A stretch of DNA of 64,000 nt, from contig DASSSZ010000001.1 in NCBI GenBank assembly GCA_035708165.1, positions 89,772 through 153,771 of the forward strand, in the 5' to 3' direction. Origin of the DNA: Minisyncoccota bacterium. Lineage in GTDB: Bacteria; Patescibacteriota; Minisyncoccia; Phycocordibacterales; UBA2100. Of this stretch, positions 46,541 to 56,802 are shown piece after piece. The notes under the pieces are model-generated. The model worked only from the letters and a program-made list of their open reading frames with translations. It searched no databases and was not told where the DNA came from. Made by a program: the position numbers and the translations under genes. Each line of letters begins with the position of its first letter. Position 1 is the stretch's first letter.

Positions 46541-46831
46541 CTACTGCGCGAGCCCGGTGCAGTTGGCGGCTGGCGCATAGCCCGCATCCCTGGCAGCGGC
46601 TTCGGAGTCGAACCAGACGAGATTCGCGGCTGCGATCGACTTCGCTCCCCCGCACCACGGATAGTAGTAGACATGCCCATGCGCGCTCGCGACGAACTGC
46701 CCGCCCGGCGGGATGGCCGTGGGGTTCGTCGTGGTGGGAGCCATATGCATGGCGATGCCGCTCCCCTGCCCTGCCTCGGCCGTGACGGAAAGCCTACCTA
46801 GGCCGAACGCGCCGAAGCCCACGAGGAGCAT
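46541..46831 (-). CDS. Small secreted hypothetical protein with C-terminal Cys-containing domain (YYYPWCGG...C)
   Basis: Signal-like N-terminus, followed by the YYYPWCGGAKSIAAANLVWFDSEAAARDAGYAPAANC module. The start is uncertain because the longer GTG-initiated ORF would overlap rpmA. Confidence 0.35.
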   Translation of the reverse strand: MLLVGFGAFGLGRLSVTAEAGQGSGIAMHMAPTTTNPTAIPPGGQFVASAHGHVYYYPWCGGAKSIAAANLVWFDSEAAARDAGYAPAANCTGLAQ

Positions 46832-46946
46832 CGCCGCGATCACGAGCGCATCGGCCCCGGCCTGGCTATCGAGGGATCCGCGCGCCTGGGCCTTGATTCT
46901 CCTGCCGAATTCGCGTATACTTTCGCCCACATAGAGAGTATACCGT

Positions 46947-47225
46947 ATGGCACATCGCAAGGCTGGAGGAAGCGCTAAAAACCTCACTGATTCGAACGCT
47001 CAATACCTGGGCGTGAAGCTTTCGGACGGCATGGCCGCCAAGATCGGCTCGGTCATCGTCCGTCAGCGCGGCACCAAGATCGTCGCCGGAAAGAATGTCG
47101 GCGTCGGCAAGGATCACACCCTGTTCGCCCTCGTTGAGGGGCTGGTGCGCTTCGGCAGCGTCCGCAAGACTGATTTCACCGGCAAGGTCACGACCCGCAA
47201 GAAGGTCGACGTCCTTGCCGCCTAA
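46947..47225 (+). CDS. rpmA: 50S ribosomal protein L27
   Basis: [24 protein letters not shown] is the L27 signature. There is no rplU upstream. Confidence 0.9.
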   Translation: MAHRKAGGSAKNLTDSNAQYLGVKLSDGMAAKIGSVIVRQRGTKIVAGKNVGVGKDHTLFALVEGLVRFGSVRKTDFTGKVTTRKKVDVLAA

Positions 47226-47294
47226 GCCTCCTCTCCCCTTCGGAATGATTGCAGCCGCCCTCTGGGCGGCTGCATGCCTTCACCTCAATGACGG

Positions 47295-47723
47295 TCATCC
47301 CTGCGCCGTGACGAGGAGCGTCACGCTCGCTTTGGCCTTCCCGGCCGAAAGCGCGATCACGTGCTCGCCGAGCTCTTTGATCGGCTCTGCATGCGTGATC
47401 GCGGAAGCCGGCACGCCGATCGCTTCCGCGATCTTCGCCGCATCCAGCTTCTGGTAGAGATGCCCGGTCGGGTCCGCCTTGGCAGCTAGCTCGACTCGCG
47501 TGCCATCGAGCCCGCGCACGCGCGCCGCGAGCGCCTCGGCCGAGGCAGCATTCGCTGCTTCGCTCTCCGCCATCTTCGCCTTGATCGCGGCCACCTTGGC
47601 CGGCGTCGCCGCTTCTGCCAGGCCGCGCGGCAGCAGCATGTTCTGGGCGTAGCCGTCGGAGACTTCCTTCACCTCGCCGCGGCGGCCCTGCTTGGCGACA
47701 TCCTTGAGAAAAATCACCTGCAT
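47295..47723 (-). CDS. rplI: 50S ribosomal protein L9
   Basis: [36 protein letters not shown] is the L9 signature. TGCTAGACT is 6 nt upstream. Confidence 0.85.
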   Translation of the reverse strand: MQVIFLKDVAKQGRRGEVKEVSDGYAQNMLLPRGLAEAATPAKVAAIKAKMAESEAANAASAEALAARVRGLDGTRVELAAKADPTGHLYQKLDAAKIAEAIGVPASAITHAEPIKELGEHVIALSAGKAKASVTLLVTAQG

Positions 47724-47774
47724 ACGGGCAGTCTAGCACACCAGCCGCCCTGCAGGAACGCCGGCGTGGATAGG

Positions 47775-49061
47775 CTACTTCCCAGTCTCGAGGTACTGGA
47801 CGGCGCGGTCCATCTGCGGATCCTTCCCGGCCCGCACGTCCTCGATCGTCGTGGTCGCGTAGATATCCGGCTCGATGCCCGTACGCTGGATCCACTCGCC
47901 TTTCGGCATGAGCCAGCGCGCGACGGTCACCTTGAGATCGGTATCGGCCGTGATCGGGATGAGCTCCTGCACGGACCCCTTGCCGAAGGTGTGCGTCCCG
48001 ATCAGGGTCGCGACGCCGTAATCATGCAGCGCTCCGGAGAGGATCTCGGCAGCCGACGCCGTGCCGGAATCGACGAGGATGACCATCTGCAGGTTCTGGT
48101 TCTTGAAGAGGTCGTAGCCGAGGCTGCGGTGCACGATCGGATCCTGCTTGCCGCCGTAATCCTCGGTGACGATGACCTGCCCCGCCGGCACGAACCAGCT
48201 CGCCATGTCCACTGCGGCGTCCAGGTAGCCGCCCGGGTTGCCGCGCAGGTCGAGGATCAGCTTGTGGTCGCCTGAGTTCACGAAATCGCGCAGGGCGCCG
48301 CGGAAGAGGTCTGCGGACTGCGAGGTGAAGCTCGCAAGCGAGATGACGAAGATGCCGCCGGGGAGCGCCTTGGTGTCGATGGTCGGGATATCGATCGTGC
48401 CGCGCGTGATGGAGATATCGACGGGCTTCGTCGCGCCCTGGTGAAGCACGGAGAGCGTGACCGTGGTCCCCGCCGGACCGCGGATGAGCTTCACGGCCGT
48501 ATCCACGTCCATGTTCTCCGTGCTCGTCGCATCGATCGCGAGGATCTTATCCTGCGCCTCGATGCCCGCCTTCGCGGCCGGCGTGTCCTTCAAGGGCGAG
48601 ACGACGGTGAGGACACCATCCACGATGTCGATCTCCATGCCGACGCCCTCGAAGGAGCCGCTGATGTCCTCCTGGAACGATGCAGCGTCGGTGGGCGGCA
48701 TGAAGACGGTGTACGGATCGCCGAGCGAGGCGACCATGCCTTCGATCATGCCCCACTCGCGCTGCTGCGGCGTCGTGGTCGAAGTGGTCGTCGTGCCGAG
48801 CGCCGCGGGGACGAACTTCTCATCGAGGATGTGCCAGACCTTCCACGCCGGACCGAAGTCGACGTCAGCCGGCTCGCTCTCATCCGCCGCGCCGAGCGCA
48901 TTGCCGACGGCCGCCGGAAGGTGCGCCGCCACGACCCCGCGATTCGTGCCGAGCGCCCAGCCGCCGGCGAACATCGCGAGCGCGAGCAGGATCCCGCCGA
49001 TCGCGGCAGCCGGCGCGCTGATCCCGCGCGAGCTCGTATGCCGCATGTCACGTTCATCCAT
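47775..49061 (-). CDS. ctpA: Carboxyl-terminal processing protease (S41 family) with PDZ domain
   Basis: N-terminal TM, PDZ region and the S41 catalytic motifs (LRGNPGG, DSGTASAAE). Start chosen at MDERDM. Confidence 0.8.
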   Translation of the reverse strand: MDERDMRHTSSRGISAPAAAIGGILLALAMFAGGWALGTNRGVVAAHLPAAVGNALGAADESEPADVDFGPAWKVWHILDEKFVPAALGTTTTSTTTPQQREWGMIEGMVASLGDPYTVFMPPTDAASFQEDISGSFEGVGMEIDIVDGVLTVVSPLKDTPAAKAGIEAQDKILAIDATSTENMDVDTAVKLIRGPAGTTVTLSVLHQGATKPVDISITRGTIDIPTIDTKALPGGIFVISLASFTSQSADLFRGALRDFVNSGDHKLILDLRGNPGGYLDAAVDMASWFVPAGQVIVTEDYGGKQDPIVHRSLGYDLFKNQNLQMVILVDSGTASAAEILSGALHDYGVATLIGTHTFGKGSVQELIPITADTDLKVTVARWLMPKGEWIQRTGIEPDIYATTTIEDVRAGKDPQMDRAVQYLETGK

Positions 49062-49152
49062 AGCCTGTCTAGTATGCCATACATCCCTGCCACGCACGAA
49101 TCCCCATGCGCCGAGCGTTCCCGCAATCCTGCCACGGTATACTGAAGCTACG

Positions 49153-50064
49153 ATGATGCAGCGCTATACGCACCACGGGCTCACGTGGATCGACCTCGAG
49201 ACGCCCACGCGCAATGAAGTGCGCGAGCTCGTGGACGAGTTCGGCATCGACTCGCTCGTCGCGGACGAGCTCTTGCTGCCGACAGCGAAGCCGCGGTTCG
49301 AGCGGCATGAGAACATGCTCTATCTCATCCTGCACTTCCCTGCCCTACACCATACGCACCACTCCGCCGAGCAGGAGATCGACTTCGTCGTCGGCAAGGA
49401 GTTCATCATCACGACCCGCTACGACATGATCGATCCGCTGCACAAGTTCTCGAAGACGTTCGAGGTCGGCGAGATGACGGGCACGAGCGGCATCGGCGAC
49501 CACGCCGGCTACATCCTCTACTTCATCCTGCGGAGCCTCTACGTCGCCGTGGATCACGAGGTGGAGTACGTGCGCACGTCGCTGCACGATATCGAAGAGC
49601 AGGTCTTCGAGGGCCGCGAGAAGGAGATGGTCGCCGCTATCTCCCATGCCGGGCGCGATCTCCTTGCGCTGCGGCAAGCCGTCGAGCCGCATCGCGACAT
49701 GCTGCAGGAGATGGAGATCGCCGGCCGCGCCTTCTGGGGCGACACCTTCGCCCCCTACCTGCGCGGCATCGTGAACGAGTACTACCGCGTGCACAATCAC
49801 ATCATGCGCAATACCGAGTCGCTGCATGAGCTGCGCGAGACGAACAATTCCCTCCTCTCGACGAAGCAGAACGAGATCATGAAGACGTTCACCATCATGG
49901 CGTTCGTCACGTTCCCGCTCATGCTCGTCACGAGCGCATTCGGCATGAACACCGTGCACACGCCGATCATCGGCGCGCCGTTCGATTTCTGGATCGTCAT
50001 CGGCATCATGCTCGGCTCGACAATCGGGCTGTACCTCTTCTTCAAGCTCAAGAAGTGGCTCTAG
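49153..50064 (+). CDS. corA: Magnesium/cobalt transporter CorA
   Basis: The C-terminal FGMN motif and two TM helices. TATACT is 9 nt upstream. Divergent from ctpA. Confidence 0.8.
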   Translation: MMQRYTHHGLTWIDLETPTRNEVRELVDEFGIDSLVADELLLPTAKPRFERHENMLYLILHFPALHHTHHSAEQEIDFVVGKEFIITTRYDMIDPLHKFSKTFEVGEMTGTSGIGDHAGYILYFILRSLYVAVDHEVEYVRTSLHDIEEQVFEGREKEMVAAISHAGRDLLALRQAVEPHRDMLQEMEIAGRAFWGDTFAPYLRGIVNEYYRVHNHIMRNTESLHELRETNNSLLSTKQNEIMKTFTIMAFVTFPLMLVTSAFGMNTVHTPIIGAPFDFWIVIGIMLGSTIGLYLFFKLKKWL

Positions 50065-50118
50065 CCTTTCGGGCAAAGCCGGGCGGCCTGCGGCCGTATC
50101 GGCTATAATGACGCCATC

Positions 50119-51672
50119 ATGGCCTGGTTCTCGGAGCCCGACAGCAGCACGCCGCGCGCCGCGAAGCACGCGGAGCGCCCCGTTACCCTGCACAACACGA
50201 TGGGCAACGCGGACGAGCCGTTCGCGTCCGCCCGGCCCGGCGCGCCGGTGCGCATGTATCACTGCGGCCCGACCGTCTACGGACCTGCGCACATCGGGAA
50301 CCTGCGCTCCTATGTCTTCGCCGATATCCTGCGGCGGACGCTCGAGTACAACGGCTTCTCAGTGAAGCAGGTCATCAATATCACCGACGTCGGGCACCTC
50401 TCGTCGGATGCGGACGAGGGCGAGGACAAGATGACGAAAGGCCTCAAGCGCGAAGGGCTCGCGGTGAGTCTCGAGAACATGCGCCTTCTGGCCGGCCGGT
50501 ACGAGGAGCGCTTCAAGCAGGATCTCGCCACGCTCGATATCGAGACGGCGGGCACGCAGTTCCCGCGTGCGAGCGAGCATATCGCGCCGATGATCGCGAT
50601 GATCCAGACGCTCGAGCAGAAAGGCTATACGTACAAGACGAGCGATGGCATCTACTACGATACGTCCCGCTTCCCTGAGTACGGCAAGCTCGGCGGGATC
50701 GATGTCGCCGCGCTGAAGGAAGGCGCCCGCATCGAAGCGAACGTGGAGAAGAAGAATCCTGCCGATTTCGCGCTCTGGAAATTCGATGATGCGCTCGGCT
50801 TCGAGAGCCCCTTCGGCAAGGGCTTCCCGGGCTGGCATATCGAATGCTCCGCCATGTCGCGCGTCGCCTTGGGCGAGCAGCTCGATATCCATACCGGCGG
50901 CATCGATCACATCCCTGTCCACCACAATAACGAGATCGCGCAATCTGAAGCCGCGACCGGCAAGAAGCCGTTCGCGCGGATCTGGATGCATAACGCGTTC
51001 ATCACCATTGACGACGAGAAGATCGCCAAGTCGCTCGGCAATGCGATCGACCTCGACGAGCTCCCGAAGCATGGCATCCACCCGCTCGCACTGCGCTACT
51101 ACTACCTCGGCGCGCACTATCGCACGCCCGTCAATTTCTCCTGGGCGGCGCTCAAGAGCGCGCAGCAAGCCCTCCTGCGCCTCCATTTCCTCTTCGACCA
51201 GATGCCGGTGAATGCTGCGGCCGAACCGATCATGGCGTACCAGCAGCGCTTCCACGAGCGGATCAACGCGGACCTCGATACGCCGGGGGCGCTCGCGATC
51301 GCCTGGGAGCTCGTGAAGGATACGTCCTTCCCTGCCCCGGCGATCCGCGCGACGCTGCTCGATTTCGATACGGTGCTCGGCCTCTCGCTCGGCGCGCCGG
51401 ATGCGCAGCTCGCGCGTCTCATCATCGCCGAGTTCGGCGAGATCGTCCCGGCCGAGAAGCTCTCGAAGACGGTCGCGGATCTCATCACCGCGCGCGAGGA
51501 GGCGCGGGGCGCCAAGGATTGGACGAAAGCGGATGCCTTGCGCGCGCAGGTCCTGCAGCTCGGCTACGCGCTTGAGGACACGCCGGCAGGCCCGCGCGTC
51601 CTGCGCAAGGAGATCGTCGAGCAGGAAGAGCGCGAGGCGGATACGGAAAGCGACCCCGAAGGGTCGCTGTAA
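50119..51672 (+). CDS. cysS: Cysteine--tRNA ligase (with ~45-aa N-terminal extension)
   Basis: The HIGH motif (PTVYGPAHIGN), the KMSKS motif (KIAKSLGN) and the zinc-binding Cys. TATAAT is 9 nt upstream. Confidence 0.85.
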   Translation: MAWFSEPDSSTPRAAKHAERPVTLHNTMGNADEPFASARPGAPVRMYHCGPTVYGPAHIGNLRSYVFADILRRTLEYNGFSVKQVINITDVGHLSSDADEGEDKMTKGLKREGLAVSLENMRLLAGRYEERFKQDLATLDIETAGTQFPRASEHIAPMIAMIQTLEQKGYTYKTSDGIYYDTSRFPEYGKLGGIDVAALKEGARIEANVEKKNPADFALWKFDDALGFESPFGKGFPGWHIECSAMSRVALGEQLDIHTGGIDHIPVHHNNEIAQSEAATGKKPFARIWMHNAFITIDDEKIAKSLGNAIDLDELPKHGIHPLALRYYYLGAHYRTPVNFSWAALKSAQQALLRLHFLFDQMPVNAAAEPIMAYQQRFHERINADLDTPGALAIAWELVKDTSFPAPAIRATLLDFDTVLGLSLGAPDAQLARLIIAEFGEIVPAEKLSKTVADLITAREEARGAKDWTKADALRAQVLQLGYALEDTPAGPRVLRKEIVEQEEREADTESDPEGSL

Positions 51673-51689
51673 CGGTTCGCAGCTTCGTA

Positions 51690-51845
51690 TCAGCTGCAAA
51701 GGGGAATCCCCGTATAGGCCAAGAGGATGATTCCGGCAAAGCCGGCCGCGATGCACCAGCGCATGGTACGCTCGGGGTTCCGGTCCATAGCATCGAGCAC
51801 GCGCGCGAGCGCGTTATCGCGCCGTGCGCTGCGGAAATCGTACAT
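51690..51845 (-). CDS. Small hydrophobic protein (51 aa), hypothetical
   Basis: GGAGG is 6 nt upstream of the ATG. The C-terminal TM segment is CIAAGFAGIILLAYTGIPL. It lies immediately downstream of leuS. Confidence 0.3.
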   Translation of the reverse strand: MYDFRSARRDNALARVLDAMDRNPERTMRWCIAAGFAGIILLAYTGIPLCS

Positions 51846-51889
51846 GGCAGCCTCCTGCTGTGTCTTGGGCAAGGGTATGCCTCTTTCCG

Positions 51890-54346
51890 CTACTCCGCAA
51901 GCACGAAATTGACCAGCCGGTTCGGCACGACGATCGTCTTCCCGATCGTCTTCCCTTCGATCCATTTCCCTGCCGCCGCCTTCGCCGCATCCGTGACGGT
52001 CGCCGCATCAGCGTCGCGCTCGACCGTCGCTGTCCCGCGCGTCTTGCCGTCCACCTGCACCGCGATCGTGGCTGTCTCCTGGACGAGCTTCGACTCGTCG
52101 TACGACGGCCACACGGAGCGGTGGATGCTTCCTTCGTGCCCCGAACGCTCCCAGAGCTCCTCGGTCATATGCGGCGCGAACGGCGCGAGCAGCTTGAGGA
52201 GCGCAGCCCACTGCGCGCGGCCGACCGCACCCTCCTTCTCGGCTGCATTGAGGAAGATCATCATCTGGCTCACGGCCGTATTGAACTTGAACGCCTCGAT
52301 ATCATCGCCAACTTTCTTGATGGTCTGATTGAGGAGCGGCTCGAGCGCCGGCGAATCATCTTCCGCCACCTTGTCCGCGAGCTTCCAGATGCGCTCGATG
52401 AAGCGCTGCGCGCCTTTGATGGAATCGGTGCTCCACGCGATCGTATTCTCGAAGGGGCCCATGAACATCTCGTATGTCCGGAACGCGTCCGCGCCGTACT
52501 CGGCCACGACATCGTCCGGATTGATCACGTTGCCGTAGCGCTTGCTCATCTTGCGGCCGTCCTCCGCGAGGATGAACCCGAGGAACTCGAGCCGCGCGAA
52601 CGGCTCCTCCGTCGAGACGACCCCGATATCGTAGAGGAACTTATGCCAGAAGCGCGCATAGATGAGGTGCCGCACGGCGTGGTCGCCGCCGACATAGACA
52701 TCCACCGGCGCCCAATGCTTCTCCTTCTCTGGCGCGACGAGGTACGCGTCATCGTGCGGATCCATGAAGCGCAGGTAGTACCAGGACGAACCTGCCCACT
52801 GCGGCATGGTGTTCGTCTCGCGCTTCGCGGGGCCGCCGCAGATGGGGCAGGTCGTGTTCACCCACTCGGCGATCGTCGCGAGCGGCGATTCGCCGGTGCC
52901 CGAAGGCTCATAGCTCTCCACTTCCGGCAAGAGGACCGGCAGCTGGTCCTCCGGCACCGGCACGGCGCCGTGCTCCGGGCAATGGATGATCGGGATGGGC
53001 TCGCCCCAGTAGCGCTGGCGGCTGAAGACCCAGTCCTTGATCTTATAGGTCGTCGCGAGCCGACCGCCGACCTTCTCGGTGATGGCCGCCTTCGCCTCCT
53101 CGCTCGGCATTCCGGTGAATGCGCCGGAATCGACCAGGAGGCCCGGCCCGGTGAAGAGGAACTCGGGCGTATCGAGCGCGCCTGCATGGGGCGACGGCTC
53201 GACGACAGTCCGGATCGGCAGGCCGAATTTCTTGGCGAACTCGTGATCGCGCCCGTCGTGCGCAGGGACCGCCATGATGGCGCCTGTGCCATAGCCGCCG
53301 AGGACGTAATCAGCGACGAAGAGCGGAATCTCCTCACCATTCGCCGGATTGATCGCCATGACGCCCTCGAGCCGGACGCCGGTCTTCTCCTTCCCTTCCG
53401 CGGCGCGTTCGATCTCATCCTTCGCGGCAGCGGCTTCCACGTACGCGCGCACGTCGCGCGCATTCGGAAGCACGCCCTCGTGCGCGGCATCGAGCGCGAG
53501 CGTCACCCATGGGTGCTCGGGCGCGAGCACGAGGTACGTCGCGCCGAAGAGCGTATCGGGCCGCGTCGTGAAGACGGTGATGTGCGCCTTCTCGCCGGCT
53601 GGGCCGCGGTTCTCATTGAGCGCAGGGTCGTCGAACCGCAGGTCGAAGTCGATCTCCGCGCCCTCCGAGCGGCCGATCCAGTTGCGCTGCGCTTCCTTGA
53701 TGTGCTCCGGCCATTCGAGCGTGTCCAGGTCCGCGAGCATGCGGTCCGCGTATGCCGTGATCTTGAGGACCCACTGCGGCAGCTTCTTCTTCTCGATGAC
53801 CGAGCCGCAGCGCTCGCATGTGCCGTCCGGCTCCAGGTCCTCGTTCGCGAGACCGGTGAGGCACCCGGGGCACCAGTTGATCGGCTCGTCGCTCTCGAAC
53901 GCGAGCCCGTGCTTGTAGAGCTGCAGGAATATCCACTGCGTCCACTTATAGAACGAGGGATCAGTCGTATTGATCTCGCGGCTCCAGTCGTAATCGAAGC
54001 CGATATGCGCGAGCTGCGCCTTGAAATTGGCGATGTTCTTCTCCACCGCGATCCGCGGATGCACCTTGTGCTTGAGCGCGAAATTCTCCGCCGGCAATCC
54101 GAACGCGTCCCAGCCCATGGGGTGCAGCACGTCGAACCCGTGCATGCGCTTGAAGCGGCTGTAGATGTCTGTCGCGATGTAGCCTTTCGGATGTCCTACG
54201 TGCAGCCCTTCGCCCGAGGGGTACGGGAACATATCGAGCACGTACGCCTTCGGCTTCGCCGGATCATCCGTCGTGCGGTAGATGCCCTCCTGGGCCCAGC
54301 GTTCCTGCCATTTCTTCTCGATCGCCGCGTGGTCGTACCGTTCCAT
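51890..54346 (-). CDS. leuS: Leucine--tRNA ligase
   Basis: The HIGH motif (PYPSGEGLHVGHPKGY), the CP1 editing domain and the KMSKS motif (KMSKRYGN). Start chosen at MERYDH. TGCTACGCT is 6 nt upstream. Confidence 0.9.
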   Translation of the reverse strand: MERYDHAAIEKKWQERWAQEGIYRTTDDPAKPKAYVLDMFPYPSGEGLHVGHPKGYIATDIYSRFKRMHGFDVLHPMGWDAFGLPAENFALKHKVHPRIAVEKNIANFKAQLAHIGFDYDWSREINTTDPSFYKWTQWIFLQLYKHGLAFESDEPINWCPGCLTGLANEDLEPDGTCERCGSVIEKKKLPQWVLKITAYADRMLADLDTLEWPEHIKEAQRNWIGRSEGAEIDFDLRFDDPALNENRGPAGEKAHITVFTTRPDTLFGATYLVLAPEHPWVTLALDAAHEGVLPNARDVRAYVEAAAAKDEIERAAEGKEKTGVRLEGVMAINPANGEEIPLFVADYVLGGYGTGAIMAVPAHDGRDHEFAKKFGLPIRTVVEPSPHAGALDTPEFLFTGPGLLVDSGAFTGMPSEEAKAAITEKVGGRLATTYKIKDWVFSRQRYWGEPIPIIHCPEHGAVPVPEDQLPVLLPEVESYEPSGTGESPLATIAEWVNTTCPICGGPAKRETNTMPQWAGSSWYYLRFMDPHDDAYLVAPEKEKHWAPVDVYVGGDHAVRHLIYARFWHKFLYDIGVVSTEEPFARLEFLGFILAEDGRKMSKRYGNVINPDDVVAEYGADAFRTYEMFMGPFENTIAWSTDSIKGAQRFIERIWKLADKVAEDDSPALEPLLNQTIKKVGDDIEAFKFNTAVSQMMIFLNAAEKEGAVGRAQWAALLKLLAPFAPHMTEELWERSGHEGSIHRSVWPSYDESKLVQETATIAVQVDGKTRGTATVERDADAATVTDAAKAAAGKWIEGKTIGKTIVVPNRLVNFVLAE

Positions 54347-54425
54347 AGGGCTAGCGTAGCACGCGCCCCATGACGCGAAAAGAGCCCGTAAGCGGGCTCT
54401 TTTCTGCGGAGCGATCGATGGATTC

Positions 54426-55367
54426 CTAGCGAGGAGTCGTACTCGCGCGCGTCGGGTACAGCTGCGGATCAATAGTCCGGGTGAAGCAGGTCTTGCCGGC
54501 GCCATGCCACCAGGTGTCCTGCATGAGGTCGGAGCCGTAGCCAGCCATGAGGCCCGAGAGGTCTGCCGCGTTCGCCTGCGCCTCGGCATCGAAGGTCGCG
54601 CACAGCTCGAACGAGTGCGGCCCCTCGACCGAATAGCCGTACGGCTGGCTCGTCTCGGGATCGGTCGGCGCCATGAAGCCGCTGATCGAGTCGTTGAGCG
54701 CGCTCAGCGTCTGCGGCATCTCGCCCTTGCTCTGCCAGTACTGCACCACCTGGTACTGGATCTGCTGGAGATCGTTCACGCGATCGGCATCCAGCCGGTA
54801 CTGCCGCACCTGCCCCGGCGTACCCATGATGAGGATGCCGGAGATGATCGTCGCGAGGGCGAGGACGCCGGCGCCGATCGCCACGGCACGGGCGCGCTTC
54901 GGCTGCGCGATCCAGTAGCCGCGCAGATCAGCGAAGAAGTGCAGGAAGCCGCCGATCGCCACGAGAAGGACGATCAGGACCTTCAGCACGAACCGGATCG
55001 TCACCTCGCCGCCGAGGTAGGTGTTGACGAGGGTCACGAGGTCGATCGCGACCGTCACGCCTGCGATGAACAGCGTGAGCGTGAGCGCCCAGCGGCGCAC
55101 CCAGAGATCTTTCTTTGCCGGCTCCGCGAGGATGTCGCGGCGGATGAGCGCCGAGAGGCCGAGGAAGGTCGGGAAGAGCACCAGCAGGGATGCGATCGAG
55201 AAGCGGATGAGCGTGGAGTACGGATCCACGTATGCGCTCGTGATATCCGGGAACGCGCGGTTAATGTACTGGAACATGAGCGCCAGGAAAGAGAAGACGC
55301 TCACGTAGAGCGCGATCATCGCGCCGGCCCAGAGGAAGAAATCTTTCGGGGTGACTTTCATATGCAT
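54426..55367 (-). CDS. Polytopic membrane protein with C-terminal soluble domain, hypothetical
   Basis: Five to six TM helices. The start is ambiguous (55391, 55367 or 55361). Confidence 0.5.
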   Translation of the reverse strand: MHMKVTPKDFFLWAGAMIALYVSVFSFLALMFQYINRAFPDITSAYVDPYSTLIRFSIASLLVLFPTFLGLSALIRRDILAEPAKKDLWVRRWALTLTLFIAGVTVAIDLVTLVNTYLGGEVTIRFVLKVLIVLLVAIGGFLHFFADLRGYWIAQPKRARAVAIGAGVLALATIISGILIMGTPGQVRQYRLDADRVNDLQQIQYQVVQYWQSKGEMPQTLSALNDSISGFMAPTDPETSQPYGYSVEGPHSFELCATFDAEAQANAADLSGLMAGYGSDLMQDTWWHGAGKTCFTRTIDPQLYPTRASTTPR

Positions 55368-55428
55368 ATGACTGGCGGGTAATGCATTCATTGTACCAGC
55401 GCTGGCGTCGGCGGCCAGCGCGCGGGCG

Positions 55429-56529
55429 CTAGCTGTGCAAGAACTCCATCACGTCGCCATCTTCGACGATGTACTCCTTCCCTTCCGTGCGCAGCGCACC
55501 CTTCTCGCGCGCCGCCGCCCAGGAGCCAGCCGAGAGCAGCGCGTCCCAGCGGATGACATTGGCGCGGATGAACTTATCGCGGAAATCAGTGTGGATCCCC
55601 GCGCCCGCCTCGGGTGCCGTCGAGCCGCGAGAGACGGTCCACGCACGCGTCTCGTCTTCGCCCGTCGTGAAGAACGAGATGAGGTCGAGGATCTCATACC
55701 CCTTGCGGATGAGGTCGTTCACGCCGTCATCCATCACGCCGAGCTCGCGGCGGAATTCGGCGCGCTCGTCCTCGTGCACGTCCGAGAGCTCGTGCTCGAC
55801 GCCGGCATCCACGGTCACGAACGGCGCGCCCTGCTCATCGAAGAAATTCTTGAGGACGCGCCAGCGCTCGAGGCCTTCTTCCGCCACATTCACCGCGCCG
55901 CTCTTCCTGTTGAGGACGTAGAGGATCGGCTTCATGGTCAGGAGGTGCATCCCCTTCACGAGCGCGGACTCCGTGTCAGAGAGGTCGCAGGCACGCGCCA
56001 TGCGTCCGCTCTCGAGCGTCCCCCGGATGCGCTCGAGCACTGCCTTCTCGGCGATCGCTTCCTTATTGCCGGAGCGTGCATCGCGCTCAAGGCGCTCGAG
56101 CCGCTTCCCCACGCTCTGCATATCGGCGAGGACGAGCTCGAGGTTGATGACCTCGATATCATGCAGCGGGTCCACCTCGCCGGCCACGTGGATGATGTCC
56201 GGGTCGTCGAAGACGCGGACGACCTCGGCGATCGCATCCACTTCGCGGATATGCGAGAGGAACTGGTTGCCCAGCCCTTCGCCCTCCGATGCGCCAGCGA
56301 CCAGGCCCGCGATGTCCACGAATTCGACTGCTGCAGGGATGGTCTTCGCGGAATGCGAGAACGCCGAGAGCTGCGAAAGGCGGCTATCGGGGACGGATAC
56401 GACGCCGACGGACGGGTCGATCGTCGCGAAAGGGTAATTCGCGATGAGCACGCCCTTTTTCGTGAGCGCGTTGAACAGCGTGGATTTCCCCACGTTCGGC
56501 AGACCCACGATTCCTATCGAGAGGCTCAT
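55429..56529 (-). CDS. ychF: Ribosome-binding ATPase YchF
   Basis: The G1 motif GIVGLPNVGKSTLFNAL, a TGS C-terminal domain and YchF coiled-coil insertion. TATACT is 8 nt upstream. Confidence 0.9.
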   Translation of the reverse strand: MSLSIGIVGLPNVGKSTLFNALTKKGVLIANYPFATIDPSVGVVSVPDSRLSQLSAFSHSAKTIPAAVEFVDIAGLVAGASEGEGLGNQFLSHIREVDAIAEVVRVFDDPDIIHVAGEVDPLHDIEVINLELVLADMQSVGKRLERLERDARSGNKEAIAEKAVLERIRGTLESGRMARACDLSDTESALVKGMHLLTMKPILYVLNRKSGAVNVAEEGLERWRVLKNFFDEQGAPFVTVDAGVEHELSDVHEDERAEFRRELGVMDDGVNDLIRKGYEILDLISFFTTGEDETRAWTVSRGSTAPEAGAGIHTDFRDKFIRANVIRWDALLSAGSWAAAREKGALRTEGKEYIVEDGDVMEFLHS

Positions 56530-56612
56530 GAAAGAAGAGTATACGCGAGAGCGCCGCAGATCGGAATGAGACTCGCGGCGGGATTTCTAAACCCGCAACA
56601 TTATCCAGACGT

Positions 56613-56634
56613 GGAAAAGGCGCCCGAAGGCGCC
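56613..56634 (-). terminator. Rho-independent terminator (minus strand)
   Basis: GGCGCC-TTCG-GGCGCC followed by TTTTCC on the minus strand. Confidence 0.5.
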
Positions 56635-56802
56635 TTCTCCATGTACCCGACTCCATGTACCTGACATGGCTCCGAAGGGCTATATCAAGTACATGGAATC
56701 GAGTACGAGGAAACCTTACCCTATCAGGGACTTGCACGCAAGTACGTAATATTGCGTAATAATCCGCCTCCCCCTGCGGCTGGATGCCCCGCATGGGCGC
56801 GA

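Noticed and set aside
51824-54373. 849-aa plus-strand ORF
   Set aside because: It is antisense to leuS, which has HIGH/KMSKS motifs. Shadow ORF.
56384-56794. 136-aa minus-strand ORF overlapping the ychF 5' region
   Set aside because: It overlaps ychF in another frame and extends across its promoter and terminator. It has no supporting signals.
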